Shown in pieces: positions 52,382-62,764 of a stretch of 64,000 nt of DNA. A model generated the notes under the pieces. That model saw only the letters and a list, made by a program, of their open reading frames with translations, was not told the DNA's origin and made no database searches. The number at the start of each line of letters is the position of its first letter. The first letter of the stretch is position 1. The DNA is from an uncultured Planctomycetota bacterium (GTDB lineage Bacteria > Planctomycetota > Planctomycetia > Gemmatales > Gemmataceae). The position numbers and the translations under genes were made by a program. The stretch is from contig CAWKHF010000013.1 in NCBI GenBank assembly GCA_963849325.1, forward strand, positions 1-64,000, given 5' to 3'.

Positions 52382-52882
52382 ATGTGGACAGCCCTGGTGG
52401 TGAGTTTGGTGCTCGGCGCTCCGCCGACGAAGGAGACCCCGGCCAAACGGGACGAAGACCGGGACTTGAAAATCCTGGCTCGCGGCGTCTGGCCCGTCCG
52501 TCAGCGGACGCCGGCGCAGCTGGTAATCCGCAACGGCGAAGAGCTGGCGCTGGCCCATCGCATCGACGCGGAGCACGCCAAGCAGATGCGCATGCAGATG
52601 GCCACCGAGAAGGACGTTGCCGCCCTGCTCAAGGTCAAGACCATCGACTGGAGAAAGCACATGCTCGTGGTTGTCGCGGCCGGCACACGACCCACGGGAG
52701 GCTATGGCGTGGAAGTGCTCACGCTGCCGATCCGGGAGAAGTCCCTCACCATACACTGGAAGCTCAACCGTCCCGCGCCGGGCTCGGTTGTGTCGCAGGG
52801 GATGACGTATCCGGCGCAGATGGTGCTGGTCGAGTGCTTCAAAGGTACCGTCCAATTCAACCCCCCCATCAAGGATCGGTGA
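52382..52882 (+). CDS. PrcB C-terminal-domain secreted protein
   Basis: 'IDWRKHMLVVVAAGTRPTGGYGV', 'VSQGMTYP'. Confidence 0.65.
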   Translation: MWTALVVSLVLGAPPTKETPAKRDEDRDLKILARGVWPVRQRTPAQLVIRNGEELALAHRIDAEHAKQMRMQMATEKDVAALLKVKTIDWRKHMLVVVAAGTRPTGGYGVEVLTLPIREKSLTIHWKLNRPAPGSVVSQGMTYPAQMVLVECFKGTVQFNPPIKDR

Positions 52883-52893
52883 AGGGGCAATAT

Positions 52894-52960
52894 GGTTTAG
52901 GGTTTAGGGTGAAGAAGGGGAGCCTGGCCGATGTCCCGAACCCTCCTACCCTAAACCCTA
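52894..52960. repeat. Second inverted TTTAGGG/CCCTAAA element
   Basis: GGTTTAGGGTTTAGGGTGAAGAA ... ACCCTAAACCCTA. Confidence 0.8.
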
Positions 52961-54553
52961 CCGAGACGGCCGAGGCGGCTCGACACCTTGCAGCCTCAGC
53001 GTGCTCACCGCCTTGGTTTCCACGTCGATCACCTGGATACGGTGGGCGTTGGTGTCGGCGACATACAGCTTGCCGTTGGCGTAGCTGATGCCGCCCGGCT
53101 CGTTGAACAACTTCGTCTTCTTGTCGCCCACGAAGGTCGTGCAGGCGCGCGTGCTCGGATCGAGCACCTTGATCTTGCTGTTGTAGGTGTCGGCCACGTA
53201 CAGCTTGCCCTCCACGAAGACGATGCCCAGCGCATGTTGCAGCCGCGCTCGCGGGCCGACGCCGTCGTCGTCGCCGAAGTCGAACAGGCCGGTGCCGACC
53301 AGCGTGGACACGTCGCCCTTGCCGTCGAGGGGGACGGCGCGGATGGCGCTGACCTCGCTGTCGGCGACGAACAGAGTCAGAGCATTGGCCGCCAGGCCGC
53401 TGGGCTGAGCGAAACAGCTGCCCGGCCGCGGCCCGTCCACCAGGTTCTCGAAGCCGGTCCCGGCGAAGGGGACGACCACGCGCTTGACCAAATCCATCAC
53501 CCAGATTTGATGGTGGCCGGCCATGGCGATGTACAGATAGCCGTCGCGGACGAGCAGGCCCCACGGGCTGTTCAAGCCGGTACTCAGGGCCGGGCCGCCG
53601 CGGCGGATGTCCGTGCCCTGGCGGCCGACGCCGGCGACGACTCGCACCGTCTGCTTGCGCAGGTCGAGGGCGCGGATCATGTGGTTCTTGCAATCGGCCA
53701 CGTACAGCGTCTGACCGTCGAGGGCCAATCCCTGCGGGTCGTTGAACGAGGCCCGCCCGAAGGGACCATCGGCGTGGCCCGGCTTGCCGATGCCGGCGAT
53801 GGCGAGTTTCTTGCCGTCCAGGTCGGTGACGACGATGCGGTGGTGCGTGCTGTCGGCGATGAACAGTCGTCTGCCAGCAGCGTCGGCCAGCACCTTGCCG
53901 GGGAAGTACAGCGGACTGTTCGTCGCCTTCTCCGCCTTTTCCTTGGTGAAGTGGATCGGCTTCTCGTTGAGCGTGCGGTTGGCCCGGTGAGTGCGGATGA
54001 GCTTGTCGATGACCGGCACGGCGTCGTGGTAGATGTGCTCGAGCTTCGAGCCGGCGACGATGAAGCCCTCCGGGTCGATCACGGCCACGGTCGGCCACGA
54101 ATCGACGCCGTAGGCCGTCCAGATTTTGCGATCGGCGTCGTTGACGACCGGGTGGTCGATCTCGTAGCGCTGCATCGCCTTTTCGATACTTTTAGGGTCT
54201 TTTTCGTTGTCGAACTTCGGGGAGTGGACGCCGATGACGACCAGTTCGTTGGGATACTTCTTCTCCAGCCTGACCAGGTCGGGGAAGAGGTGCAGGCAAT
54301 TAATTCAGCACAGCGTCCAGAAGTCGAGGAGAACGATCTTGCCGCGCAGGTTGGCGAGCTTGATCGGCTTATCGCTGCCGAGATAGCCAACGGCGCCATT
54401 GAGTTCGGGGGCCTTGATGCGCTCGGCCGCCTGGGCATGTACGTGCGGCAGAGCCGACGAGGGTAGGCCGGCAAGGGTCAGGCCCACACAGACGGGAAGT
54501 GCGATGGCGAAGAGTCGCCGACGCATCCGGTCCGATGAGAAGAAGGTACACAT
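52958..54553 (-). CDS. Thioredoxin-like + NHL-repeat protein (NHLRC2/SOQ1-like) with in-frame TGA at 54307-54305; putative selenoprotein, 531 aa
   Basis: [46 protein letters not shown] joins ORFs 54305-54553 and 52958-54175 in one frame. The family motif is DFWTYCCINC. Confidence 0.85.
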
Positions 54554-54734
54554 GAACGCTCTCCGTTGGGCGCGGGGTCATGCGGGCGGATCGACGCCCG
54601 AGGTGTCTCCTCTCACTGTACCCGGAATGGGCAGCGCGTGCAATTTGGGCGCGAGGTGATGCCCGATTCGTCAGATTCGCGCGGACGGGGGACCGTCTTG
54701 CGGTTTCGGCGCAATGCCGAGCGCCCCTGGGCCG

Positions 54735-55019
54735 TCAAAGATCGCCGAGTTGGTCGCGATACTTTTCCAAGATCATGTCCAAACCTTCGCGGATCAGGTC
54801 GGCCTTGCTACGCTCCAGACGTATCGCGGCTTGCTTCACTTTGGCGAGCTTTTCGGGTTCGATGGAGTAGCTATCGAGGATCTTCCGGCTCTTGATCTGT
54901 TCCCGCCGATGCGGATCGAGAGGGTGGACGGTGCTGTCCCCCAGACCCTCCGCGATAATAAGGACGGTATCGAGACTGTCGCTCCGGGGCATTTCGGAGT
55001 TGTGTTGCGGCTGACTCAT
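54735..55019 (-). CDS. Ribbon-helix-helix domain protein
   Basis: 'SYSIEPEKLAKVKQAAIRLERSKADLIREGLDMIL'. Confidence 0.65.
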   Translation of the reverse strand: MSQPQHNSEMPRSDSLDTVLIIAEGLGDSTVHPLDPHRREQIKSRKILDSYSIEPEKLAKVKQAAIRLERSKADLIREGLDMILEKYRDQLGDL

Positions 55020-55411
55020 GGTGTCTCCTTCTTTACGAATACCTGAACTGTTCGCTGGGCGATGATATCTCCATCTGCCAAGAGACGAACTTGATAACGT
55101 CCTTCCACGGGGAAAGACAGGGATCCACGAAAGAGGACGCGGACCTCCTGGAGAGGATCGGAGAAAGTCGCCGGAAGATCGCGGGTCAAGAGTTCATCGA
55201 GCGTATCGGGCCGCACAACTTCCAAGCGGATCTGGCCGTCACCGAGGCCATCTGTGAGCCACGCATAAACAATGAAGCGCTGAGGTTCGGAAGGAACCGC
55301 TTTCACTCGCAAGCGCGTTAAACAGTTGACGAGGGTGATGTTGTGCGTCTTCTCCTCGACGATTACCTGCTCGCACACGGCCAGTCCTGTGGCTGCAGGT
55401 CGCTGAATCAT
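55016..55411 (-). CDS. Hypothetical beta-sandwich protein (DUF6941-like)
   Basis: 'LAVCEQVIVE', 'LSFPVEGRYQVRL'. 4-bp overlap with the RHH gene. Confidence 0.6.
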   Translation of the reverse strand: MIQRPAATGLAVCEQVIVEEKTHNITLVNCLTRLRVKAVPSEPQRFIVYAWLTDGLGDGQIRLEVVRPDTLDELLTRDLPATFSDPLQEVRVLFRGSLSFPVEGRYQVRLLADGDIIAQRTVQVFVKKETP

Positions 55412-55449
55412 GCGCGCCTCCGAACAAGGGAATGGCCCAACTTAGCTAT

Positions 55450-55477
55450 ATTATATAATCTTCTACGAGAAGGTCAA
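55450..55477 (-). promoter_or_regulatory. Putative sigma70 promoter for 55411-54735
   Basis: Minus strand TTGACC (55477-55472), 16-nt spacer, TATAAT (55455-55450). Confidence 0.45.
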
Positions 55478-55645
55478 TAGAATCAGGCGTGACGCCGAAG
55501 AAGGGAATGGTTCGGTCTTCTCCGTGCTGCTTGTCCGCCCTTTCATTCTTTCAGACCCCGGCCGGAAAGAGGCGATCATCGCTCTAGCTTCGCAAAAAGG
55601 TTCCGATGCCTATTTTCCGCGGCTTTTTGGGAGTATCCTGGGGGC

Positions 55646-56668
55646 ATGAGTCGAGCCAAGCCAACGCCGATGCCGCTGTGGGAGCTGACCCCTGGCCAGC
55701 ACGCCGACTTCTTCGCACTGTTGGCCGAAAAGACCCGAGGCACAACGCGCGAGGGCAAACCGTACTACGCCTGCCGCTTCCGCGATGCTCGCCGCGGTGT
55801 CGCCTTCATGGCCTGGCAGGACAGCAGCTGGTTCGAGCCCTGTGAACGCGACTGGCAGGTCGGCCAGTTCTACAAGCTCCGCGCCGCCTACGGCGAACAC
55901 GAGCGCTACGGCCCGCAGCTGATCGAGCTGCACGCCATCCGGCCCGTCAACGACGCCGACCGCGCCGACGGCTTCGATCCGCTCTCGTTCGTCGAGCATT
56001 CGCGCTACGACGCCGCGGTGATGTTCGCCGAGTTAAAGGCGCTGGCCGAGACGAACATCGCCGACGAGCCGCTGCGCCGTCTGGTGCTGACGCTGCTGGA
56101 TCGCCACGCCGAGCCGTTGCAGCGTCTGCCGGCGACGCGCGATCGCTTTTACCCCTTCGCCGGCGGTCTGCTCGAACACACGCTGTCGGTGACGCGCTCG
56201 TGCCTGCACTTGGCGGAGCGCTACGCGGCCCACTACACCGAGCTGCGTCCGCCGCTGAACCGCGACCTGATCGTGGCCGGGGCGATCCTGCACGACATCG
56301 GCCGCGTGCTGGAGTTCGGCGAGGCGGTCCCCGGCGTCAGTCCGGCGTATACCGTGCCGGGTCGGCTGGTCGGCCATCTGATCCTCGGCCGCGATCTGGT
56401 GCGCGACACGGCCCGCGAACTGGGCGACGTCAACCCGGAGTTGGTGCAGATGCTCGAACACATCCTCCTGAGCCATTTGGCCCTGCCGGAGTGGGGTTCG
56501 CCGCGTCTGCCGCTGGTGCCGGAGTGCCTCATCATTCATCACGCCGACGATCTGGATGCGAAGCTGGAGATGTACGCGCGCTGCCTCAGCCGCGACCGGG
56601 CCGAGGGGCCGTTCACGGACCGCGATCCGGTGCTCAACCGCAATCTGTTCAAGGGACGGAGTGTGTGA
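55646..56668 (+). CDS. OB-fold + HD-domain protein (YhaM/Cbf1-like 3'-5' exonuclease)
   Basis: 'TREGKPY', 'GGLLEHT', 'LHDIG', 'LVGHL', 'HHADDLDAK'. Confidence 0.85.
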   Translation: MSRAKPTPMPLWELTPGQHADFFALLAEKTRGTTREGKPYYACRFRDARRGVAFMAWQDSSWFEPCERDWQVGQFYKLRAAYGEHERYGPQLIELHAIRPVNDADRADGFDPLSFVEHSRYDAAVMFAELKALAETNIADEPLRRLVLTLLDRHAEPLQRLPATRDRFYPFAGGLLEHTLSVTRSCLHLAERYAAHYTELRPPLNRDLIVAGAILHDIGRVLEFGEAVPGVSPAYTVPGRLVGHLILGRDLVRDTARELGDVNPELVQMLEHILLSHLALPEWGSPRLPLVPECLIIHHADDLDAKLEMYARCLSRDRAEGPFTDRDPVLNRNLFKGRSV

Positions 56669-56892
56669 AGAGAGTAAAGGAGCAATGAATCATTGCATCA
56701 TTCTCAGAATTCGGCGCGAGTTGATCCCACGGCGACGAAAGTGCAGGCCGACTTTCGGGAGGCGAAGGCATTTGAGGAATTGAATTGGCGGCGGAAATGG
56801 GTGTTTGCTCCATCAAGCATTTGGAGGAAGCTGGGGCAGGAGGCGGACCTGTGGCGCGGCAGAGCTTAAGACGGTTTTGAAGATGCTACGCG

Positions 56893-58159
56893 TGGACTGC
56901 TCCCCAAAAAGTGGTCCAGGTGCTATGAGAGTCTCTGAGGCCCTTCGCGGGCCAGGAGACGAACCATGAAACGACACACGGCCGAAGAGATCATCCCCAA
57001 GCTGCGACAAGCCGAGGCCGACCTCGCCCAAGGCTTGACCATCGCCCAGGTCTGCCAACGCCTGGCCATCAGCGAGCAGACCCTGCATCGCTGGCGCAAC
57101 CAGTACGGCGGACTCAAGGCCGACGAGGCCAAACGCCTCAAGGAACTGGAAGCCGAGAACGCACGCCTCAAGCGTCTCGTCGCCGAGCTGGCCCTGGACA
57201 AGCAGATGCTCCAGGAGGTCGCCCAAAAAAAGTGCTGACCGCCGCCCAGCGTCGCCAGGCCGTGCGTCAACTCCAGGAGACCTTCGGCGTGTCGCAACGT
57301 CGCGCCTGCCGTGTGCTGGGGCAACCACGCTCCACGCAGCGGCAGACGCCCAAAACCTCCGAGGAGGAGGGGCGGTTGGTGCGGCGGATGTTGGAGATGG
57401 TGCGGCAGCATCCGCGTTGGGGCTACCGCCGCATCACGGTGTTGCTGCGGCGGGAAGGCTGGCGTGTCAACCGCAAGCGGGTGTACCGGCTGTGGCGGCA
57501 GCAAGGGCTGAAAGTGCCGCGAAAGCAGCGAAAAAAGCGGCGGCTGGGTCACAGCGGCAACAGTTGCGTGCGGCGGCCGGCGGAGCACAAGGACCATGTG
57601 TGGACGTGGGATTTCCTGCACGATCGGACGAGCGACGGCCGGCCTTTGAAGTGGTTGACGCTGATCGACGAGTACACGCCGCGAGTGCTTGGCGTTGGAG
57701 GTGGATCGGGGCATGACGGCCCAGGCGGTGAAGACGGTGCTGGCGGGCGTGGTGCAGCAGCGTGGCGTGCCGGTGCATATCCGCAGCGACAACGGCTCGG
57801 AGTTCATCGCCGCGGCCATCCGGACCTGGATGACGGCGGCGGGGTTGGAGACGTTGTACATTGCTCCGGGGGCGCCGTGGGAGAACGGCTACGCCGAGTC
57901 GTTCAACAGCAAGGTGCGGGACGAGCTGTTGAACGCGGAGGAGTTTGGCAGCGTGCTGGAGGCGAAGGTGCTGGCCAAGGAGTGGCGGCAGGAATACAAC
58001 CATGTCCGTCCTCACAGTTCGTTGGGGTATCGGACGCCAGCGGAGTTCGGGGAGATGTGTCCTCGGCCCGACTCCGCTGCGCTACGCCGGGCCGAGGACA
58101 CATCTGTAACGATTGATCCGACTCTCACAGCGCCTGGTACATAAAATGGGGGCAAGCCA
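56893..58159 (+). mobile_element. IS3-family (IS407-like) insertion sequence, 1267 bp, 4-bp TSD CGCG
   Basis: TG...CA ends. Imperfect IRs TGGACTGCTCCCCAAAAAGTGGTCCAGGTGCTATGAGAGTC / GACTCTCACAGCGCCTGGTACATAAAATGGGGGCAAGCCA. CGCG at 56889-56892 and 58160-58163. Confidence 0.92.
56966..58144 (+). CDS. IS3-family transposase OrfA/OrfB; -1 slip site A7G at 57225-57232 and an extra frameshift near 57680
   Basis: OrfA HTH 'ISEQTLHRWRNQYGG'. OrfB 'WGYRR', 'WTWDF', 'IRSDNGSEF', 'PWENGYAESFN', 'RPHSSLGY'. Confidence 0.9.
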
Positions 58160-58500
58160 CGCGAGCACAGGTAGAAAAAGAAGAGACGAATGGCCTGAAG
58201 GGTGAAATGTAATCGCCGAAAGGGGGAGGCAAGGGTTTCGGCCCCGCGAGAAGCAGTGAAATATGTACATAAGGTTTTGCCAATTAATGAGTTGCGATTA
58301 TTAATCTGGATTCGCTGAGAAACGGATGAGTAAGAGCATAATTTTTTCTTTTTTTCCTTGCGGATGAGAGAGAGGAGGCGTATACTTACGATCCTAACTC
58401 TACAGCAATTTGTACATCCCGAGCAGATCTCGAATCTGCTCAGTTCACTAAGGGCATTGCCCAGCACCTCAAGCTGGGCCATTTCAGAAGGAGTATCGCC

Positions 58501-60513
58501 ATGAGGACAACTTGTCTCTCCTGCCGGACTTTAGTCGTCGTATTCGGGCTTCTGCTATCGCTCGTCACGGATGCCTGGGCTGGACTATTTCAAAATATGC
58601 GAGTAGCAGCAGGCTCATACCCCATCCGAGTGTCTACCGGTTCCCGGGTAAGGCGGGCTTACATACCCGCATTTTGCATCAACGAGAAGTTGGCTACGCC
58701 TTCCCGTTCCGACAATTTTGGCAGCGCATCGAAGTCGATGAAACTCGTCGGAATTAGAGGCGGGACTAAAGTCAGCGAGATTCCTCTAGAACAGGCCATA
58801 CATGATGGTATCATTCGTCTGCCCGGAAGCGATGACTTCAGGGGGGTTGAGGCAGAACTGATGAAACCGGAAGCGGGAGTTGATTATTCGATCAACGTAA
58901 CAGGAGTGGGAATTCTCGGAGAGAAAGCCTCTGACGTGAAAAAGTCGGAGGAGATGCTGAAGCCCTTCATGGACAGTATTAAAACGCTCGATAATTATGA
59001 AGCAAGATTAAAATCGGTTTTTGGTGATGAAAGCAGAATCGCACGACAATTTCATGATAGTAAATGGAGAGTCGAATGGGAATGGGCCCAGGCTCAACCC
59101 AATGATGCTCCCGCCTTGGTGAAGAAGTATATCGATGATTTTCGCAAGTCGGTAGCGAAAGACGATGGCAAAAAGGCGACACGCTATTTGAGTGTGTTAC
59201 AAGGCCGGCCACTCACCGAAGCCGAAATCAAACTCGCGCAAGCAATTGGGTCTCGAACTTGCCGAAGTGAAATATGAGGAGTGGTTTATCCATGGATTAA
59301 AAACATATTTCGAGCAGTCGGAAAAACTCGCGCTGCTCTTGGGGACAATGACCCATTACCTCGAAGGTTTGAGACTAGTGTTATTCGTTTGTACGGTTCG
59401 ACAGGAGATATTACGTGGGCAAGAAATATTGCTGCGCTGGAACTCCTCCCTCCTTACCTGAGGAAGACAAAAGCAGCGAGAGGTATCATAGAGTTGGAAC
59501 TGGGAAGAGAACTTACTCCAGATCAGGCCCGTACGTTGTCTGCAATTACGGGTGTGAAAATGGGAGAAGTGGAAGACCGGTTTGATAGATTCGTGATGAT
59601 TCGTATGTTGCCGCATGACCGAGTGCAATTGAATACCAGAAAATCGTCAAGAGTGGTGGAATTACAGAACATTGATCAGGCATTGCGGGTCCAACTCTCT
59701 GCGACTCCTCAAGTAGTAATCGACGGTCCCATTGATGGTGCCCTCGCGGAAAAACTCAGCCGAGCAAAAATTAAAGTTGTTCGCAATCTGGAATCTCTAG
59801 CTGTTGACTCCGAGAAGGAACCGAAACGTGTCAAACTGATCTTTGTGATTTCGCAAGATCGTAAGGTTGCTCGCCAATTATGGGGCTCTTTTGACGTCCC
59901 AGGAGTAGTGAGGGATGCAAAAACAATTCATGATAAGAAATTGGGGCTGATCGTCCAGAATCGTACTGAACTGAACGAAGCCCTGAAGAGTGTTGGTGAC
60001 GATGAAAAGCCAGTTGTGGTATTTAATGCGGGTGAAGAGGGGATTATGTTTGATAAGCCGATGAGCGTCGAAGAGCTTCAACGGCTGGCAAAAAAACCTG
60101 ATGCTCTTGCCTGTAATACCTATGAGTGGGACCAGCTGCTTCCAGACGACGGATTACATCTATCTGAAAGAGATGGTTGCCGCATTAGATCGCACGGTGA
60201 AGCAGTGCGCCCCTGTTGGCAATAGTGGAACTGGCAGTACTGGTGGTAATGCGGGAACGGGAGACGGGGGAAGGGCGGCTCTTTCGCGGGTTCCGCTGAC
60301 TTTTTCTCAAGATTCAACGACAATTACGGTTCGGAATTAGTGCGATCGAAGAAGAAGGCTGGAACTGTCGTCTTCATTATCGGTTCGGCTTTTGCCGGGG
60401 CCATCGTCAAGGTTTACTCCATCGGCCAGGAAGACGACAAGAAAAAGAGAAAGGATAACAAGGGTGGAGATAAACAAAACAAGAAAGGGAACGGCGGAGC
60501 GGGAAATCATTAA
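58501..60513 (+). CDS. Low-GC hypothetical exported/membrane protein, multiply frameshifted
   Basis: Signal peptide ending AWA. Consecutive ORF pieces 58501-59277, 59281-60225 and 60101-60340, plus a hydrophobic tail ending at TAA 60511-60513. Confidence 0.45.
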
Positions 60514-60628
60514 GGTGGAAGGACAGGACATGGAGTCTTCTCTGACCCCCGCCCAAAAGGATCGCGAGCTTCATCGAGTTACACTGTCTTTGCAATTGGG
60601 TTCCTCAGAAGACGAGGAGATGTAGACC

Positions 60629-60880
60629 GTGATCACTTTTTTTGGACAGACAGTTCAAGAAACATGGAGAGCACTTACTAAAGGTGTCCACGCCGGAAAG
60701 CCAGCGCCACCCCCTCCTCCTCAGGTTCAGCCTGGGGATAAAATCAAGGCCGCTGTCCGGATTGTCCTCTCGGCTGTGTTGCTGCTAATCGGTACTTACT
60801 TTGTCGCTTCGGGAGATGAGCGTTCGCAGAAGATTGGAGGGTCGATTATCTCCGCTGTCATCGGGTATTGGCTGCGGTAA
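60629..60880 (+). CDS. Small 2-TM hypothetical protein
   Basis: C-terminal hydrophobic pair 'IVLSAVLLLIGTYFV' and 'IGGSIISAVIGYWLR'. May start at 60530 across an in-frame TAG (60623-60625). Confidence 0.5.
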   Translation: MITFFGQTVQETWRALTKGVHAGKPAPPPPPQVQPGDKIKAAVRIVLSAVLLLIGTYFVASGDERSQKIGGSIISAVIGYWLR

Positions 60881-60903
60881 CCAATCCTACTTCTTGCTTG
60901 CGG

Positions 60904-61154
60904 TGCATCCGTCACTGAACCGCGACCTGATCGTGGCCGGAGCAGTCCTGCACGACACCGGCCACATGCTGGAATTCGGAGAAGCGGTCTCCGCTGTCAA
61001 CCCGGCGTATAAAAGGCCGGGCCGGTTAGTCGGTGGTCTGACTCCCGGTCGCGACCTAGTGCTCGACATGGTCCGCGAGTTGAGCGACGTCAATCCATTC
61101 ACCGACCGCGATCCGTTGCTGAATCGGAACCTCTTCAAGGGACGGAGTGTCTGA
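60904..61154 (+). pseudogene. Decayed, internally deleted duplicate of the 3' part of the HD gene (56244-56668)
   Basis: LNRDLIVAGAVLHDTG...[22 protein letters not shown] matches the gene, minus 56438-56611. Confidence 0.85.
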
Positions 61155-61169
61155 CGGTGGCCGGCATTC

Positions 61170-62701
61170 TCACTTCACTTCCGGCTTGTTGTTGCCGTAG
61201 GACCACGGCTGGCCGCTGAAAGGCAGTGGTCGTGGCGGCGTGGGCACCGGCCCCGGCTTGAGCTGTTTGGCCAGCTCCAGCCCGGCGTCGCGCATCTGCC
61301 GTCCGGCCGTGATCTCCAGGTTGCTGTAGCTGGTCAGGCGTGTCTCGTAACCGCCGCCGCTCGGGTCCGAAGGCGTCCTCGGTCGGCACGTAGCCGACGC
61401 AGCCGTTGGCCAGCGACACGGGGAAGGTGAAGGCGAAGCCGCTCCGCGCCTTCTGCTCCAGGCCGAAGCGGCAGAAGTATTCCGCCGGCGTGGTCAAAAA
61501 GAGCGCCGGCCCAACCTGCACCGCCTGCACCTCGACTTCGACCGTCGGCTCTTTCTTCAACTTGGCGTCCAGCAGCACGATTTCCTTGGCGAAGGTCCAC
61601 TCCGTCTGGATCGCCGCGCGCCGGCTCCTTTTGCACCAGCTCCAGACATTCCTGGACGCGCTCCGGCGCCGGCGCGCGGCGCCGGATTGGCAGCAGGCTC
61701 GTTCGCGCCGTGACGGGCAGCCAGCGTCCCCGGCTCCATCGTCAGCAGCACCTTCAGCGCCTCCGCCCCCACCTTGCCGCCGACCCGCTGCGCCCAGCGC
61801 TCGCCGTCGGGATACTTGTACGGACTTCGATTGTCCACCTGCGTCACGTCGCCGGACGCCCCGTTGAGGAAGACGACGACCGCGTCCTTGCCGTAATAGC
61901 CCTGAATGACCTTTTCCAGATAGTAAATATAGTTGGCGGAGATGCCGCCGGGGCTGGTCGTGGCGTGGCAGGAGAAGTTGACGACGCAGCCGAGGAACTT
62001 CTTCTTCTCGTCCCAGGCGCCGAGGACGCCGACCTCCGGGTCGGTCGGGCCGGCCGGCTCCACGATGTCGGGGTTTCCCTGGCCGGGATGGGTGACGGTT
62101 CGGCCGTCGCGCATCTTGAAACGGCGGTTAAAGGCCACCGTCTTCTCGATCCCCTTGCCGATGCCGGCGCGGGCGGCGACGCGGGACTCGTCGGCCTGGC
62201 AGACCGCCTCGACGATGGCTTTTTCGACCTTCGCCAGGTATTTCGCATCGGCGCAGGTGGAGACGCTGGTAGGCCAGCCGTCGCACCAACTCGGGGGCGT
62301 GGTCGTACTCGCCGGGCATGACGCCGGACATGGGGCCGGACGAGTGCGAATGCGAAGCACCTAGCAGGATCGAACCTTCGGGGATGCCGGTCTTCGCGGC
62401 GATGGCCTTGCGGACGTTTTGCACCGTCTGCCGGTGGATGAACAGCGCGTCCAGGCCGACGAGGGCGATGCGATTTTTGCCGTCGTCGAAGACGGCCACC
62501 CGCACCTTGCAGGGGTCGTGCAGAGATCGGTGATAGGACTTGCCGTAGCCGCCGGGCGCCTCGCAGCCGATCTCCGGCGTGATGTCGCGCTCGGCGAAGC
62601 CGGCCTTGAAAGGCGGCGCATCCGACCCAGCGTACACCGGCGGCTCCGGCAACGATCGTCAGGACCGCGAGGACGACGGTTTGGAGTCTGGGAATGAACA
62701 T
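61170..62701 (-). CDS. Neutral/alkaline ceramidase-like planctomycete protein, multiply frameshifted
   Basis: '[10 protein letters not shown]', 'ASHSHS', 'FNRR', 'GPTDPEV', 'NFSCH', 'GASGD', 'GYVPT'. Confidence 0.7.
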
Positions 62702-62764
62702 GATTTCTCCCGGTTGCCTCTTGCGACTGATCGCTAAGCCGCCAGCGGTCCTCGCAACAGACCC

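Noticed and set aside
60530-60880. In-frame TAG at 60623 as pyrrolysine or amber read-through
   Set aside because: It lies in a decaying low-GC island, no pyl genes are seen, and an alternative GTG start follows immediately.
56244-61154. Diversity-generating retroelement TR/VR pair
   Set aside because: Differences between the copies are not restricted to adenines of one copy, there is a large deletion, and no reverse transcriptase is present.
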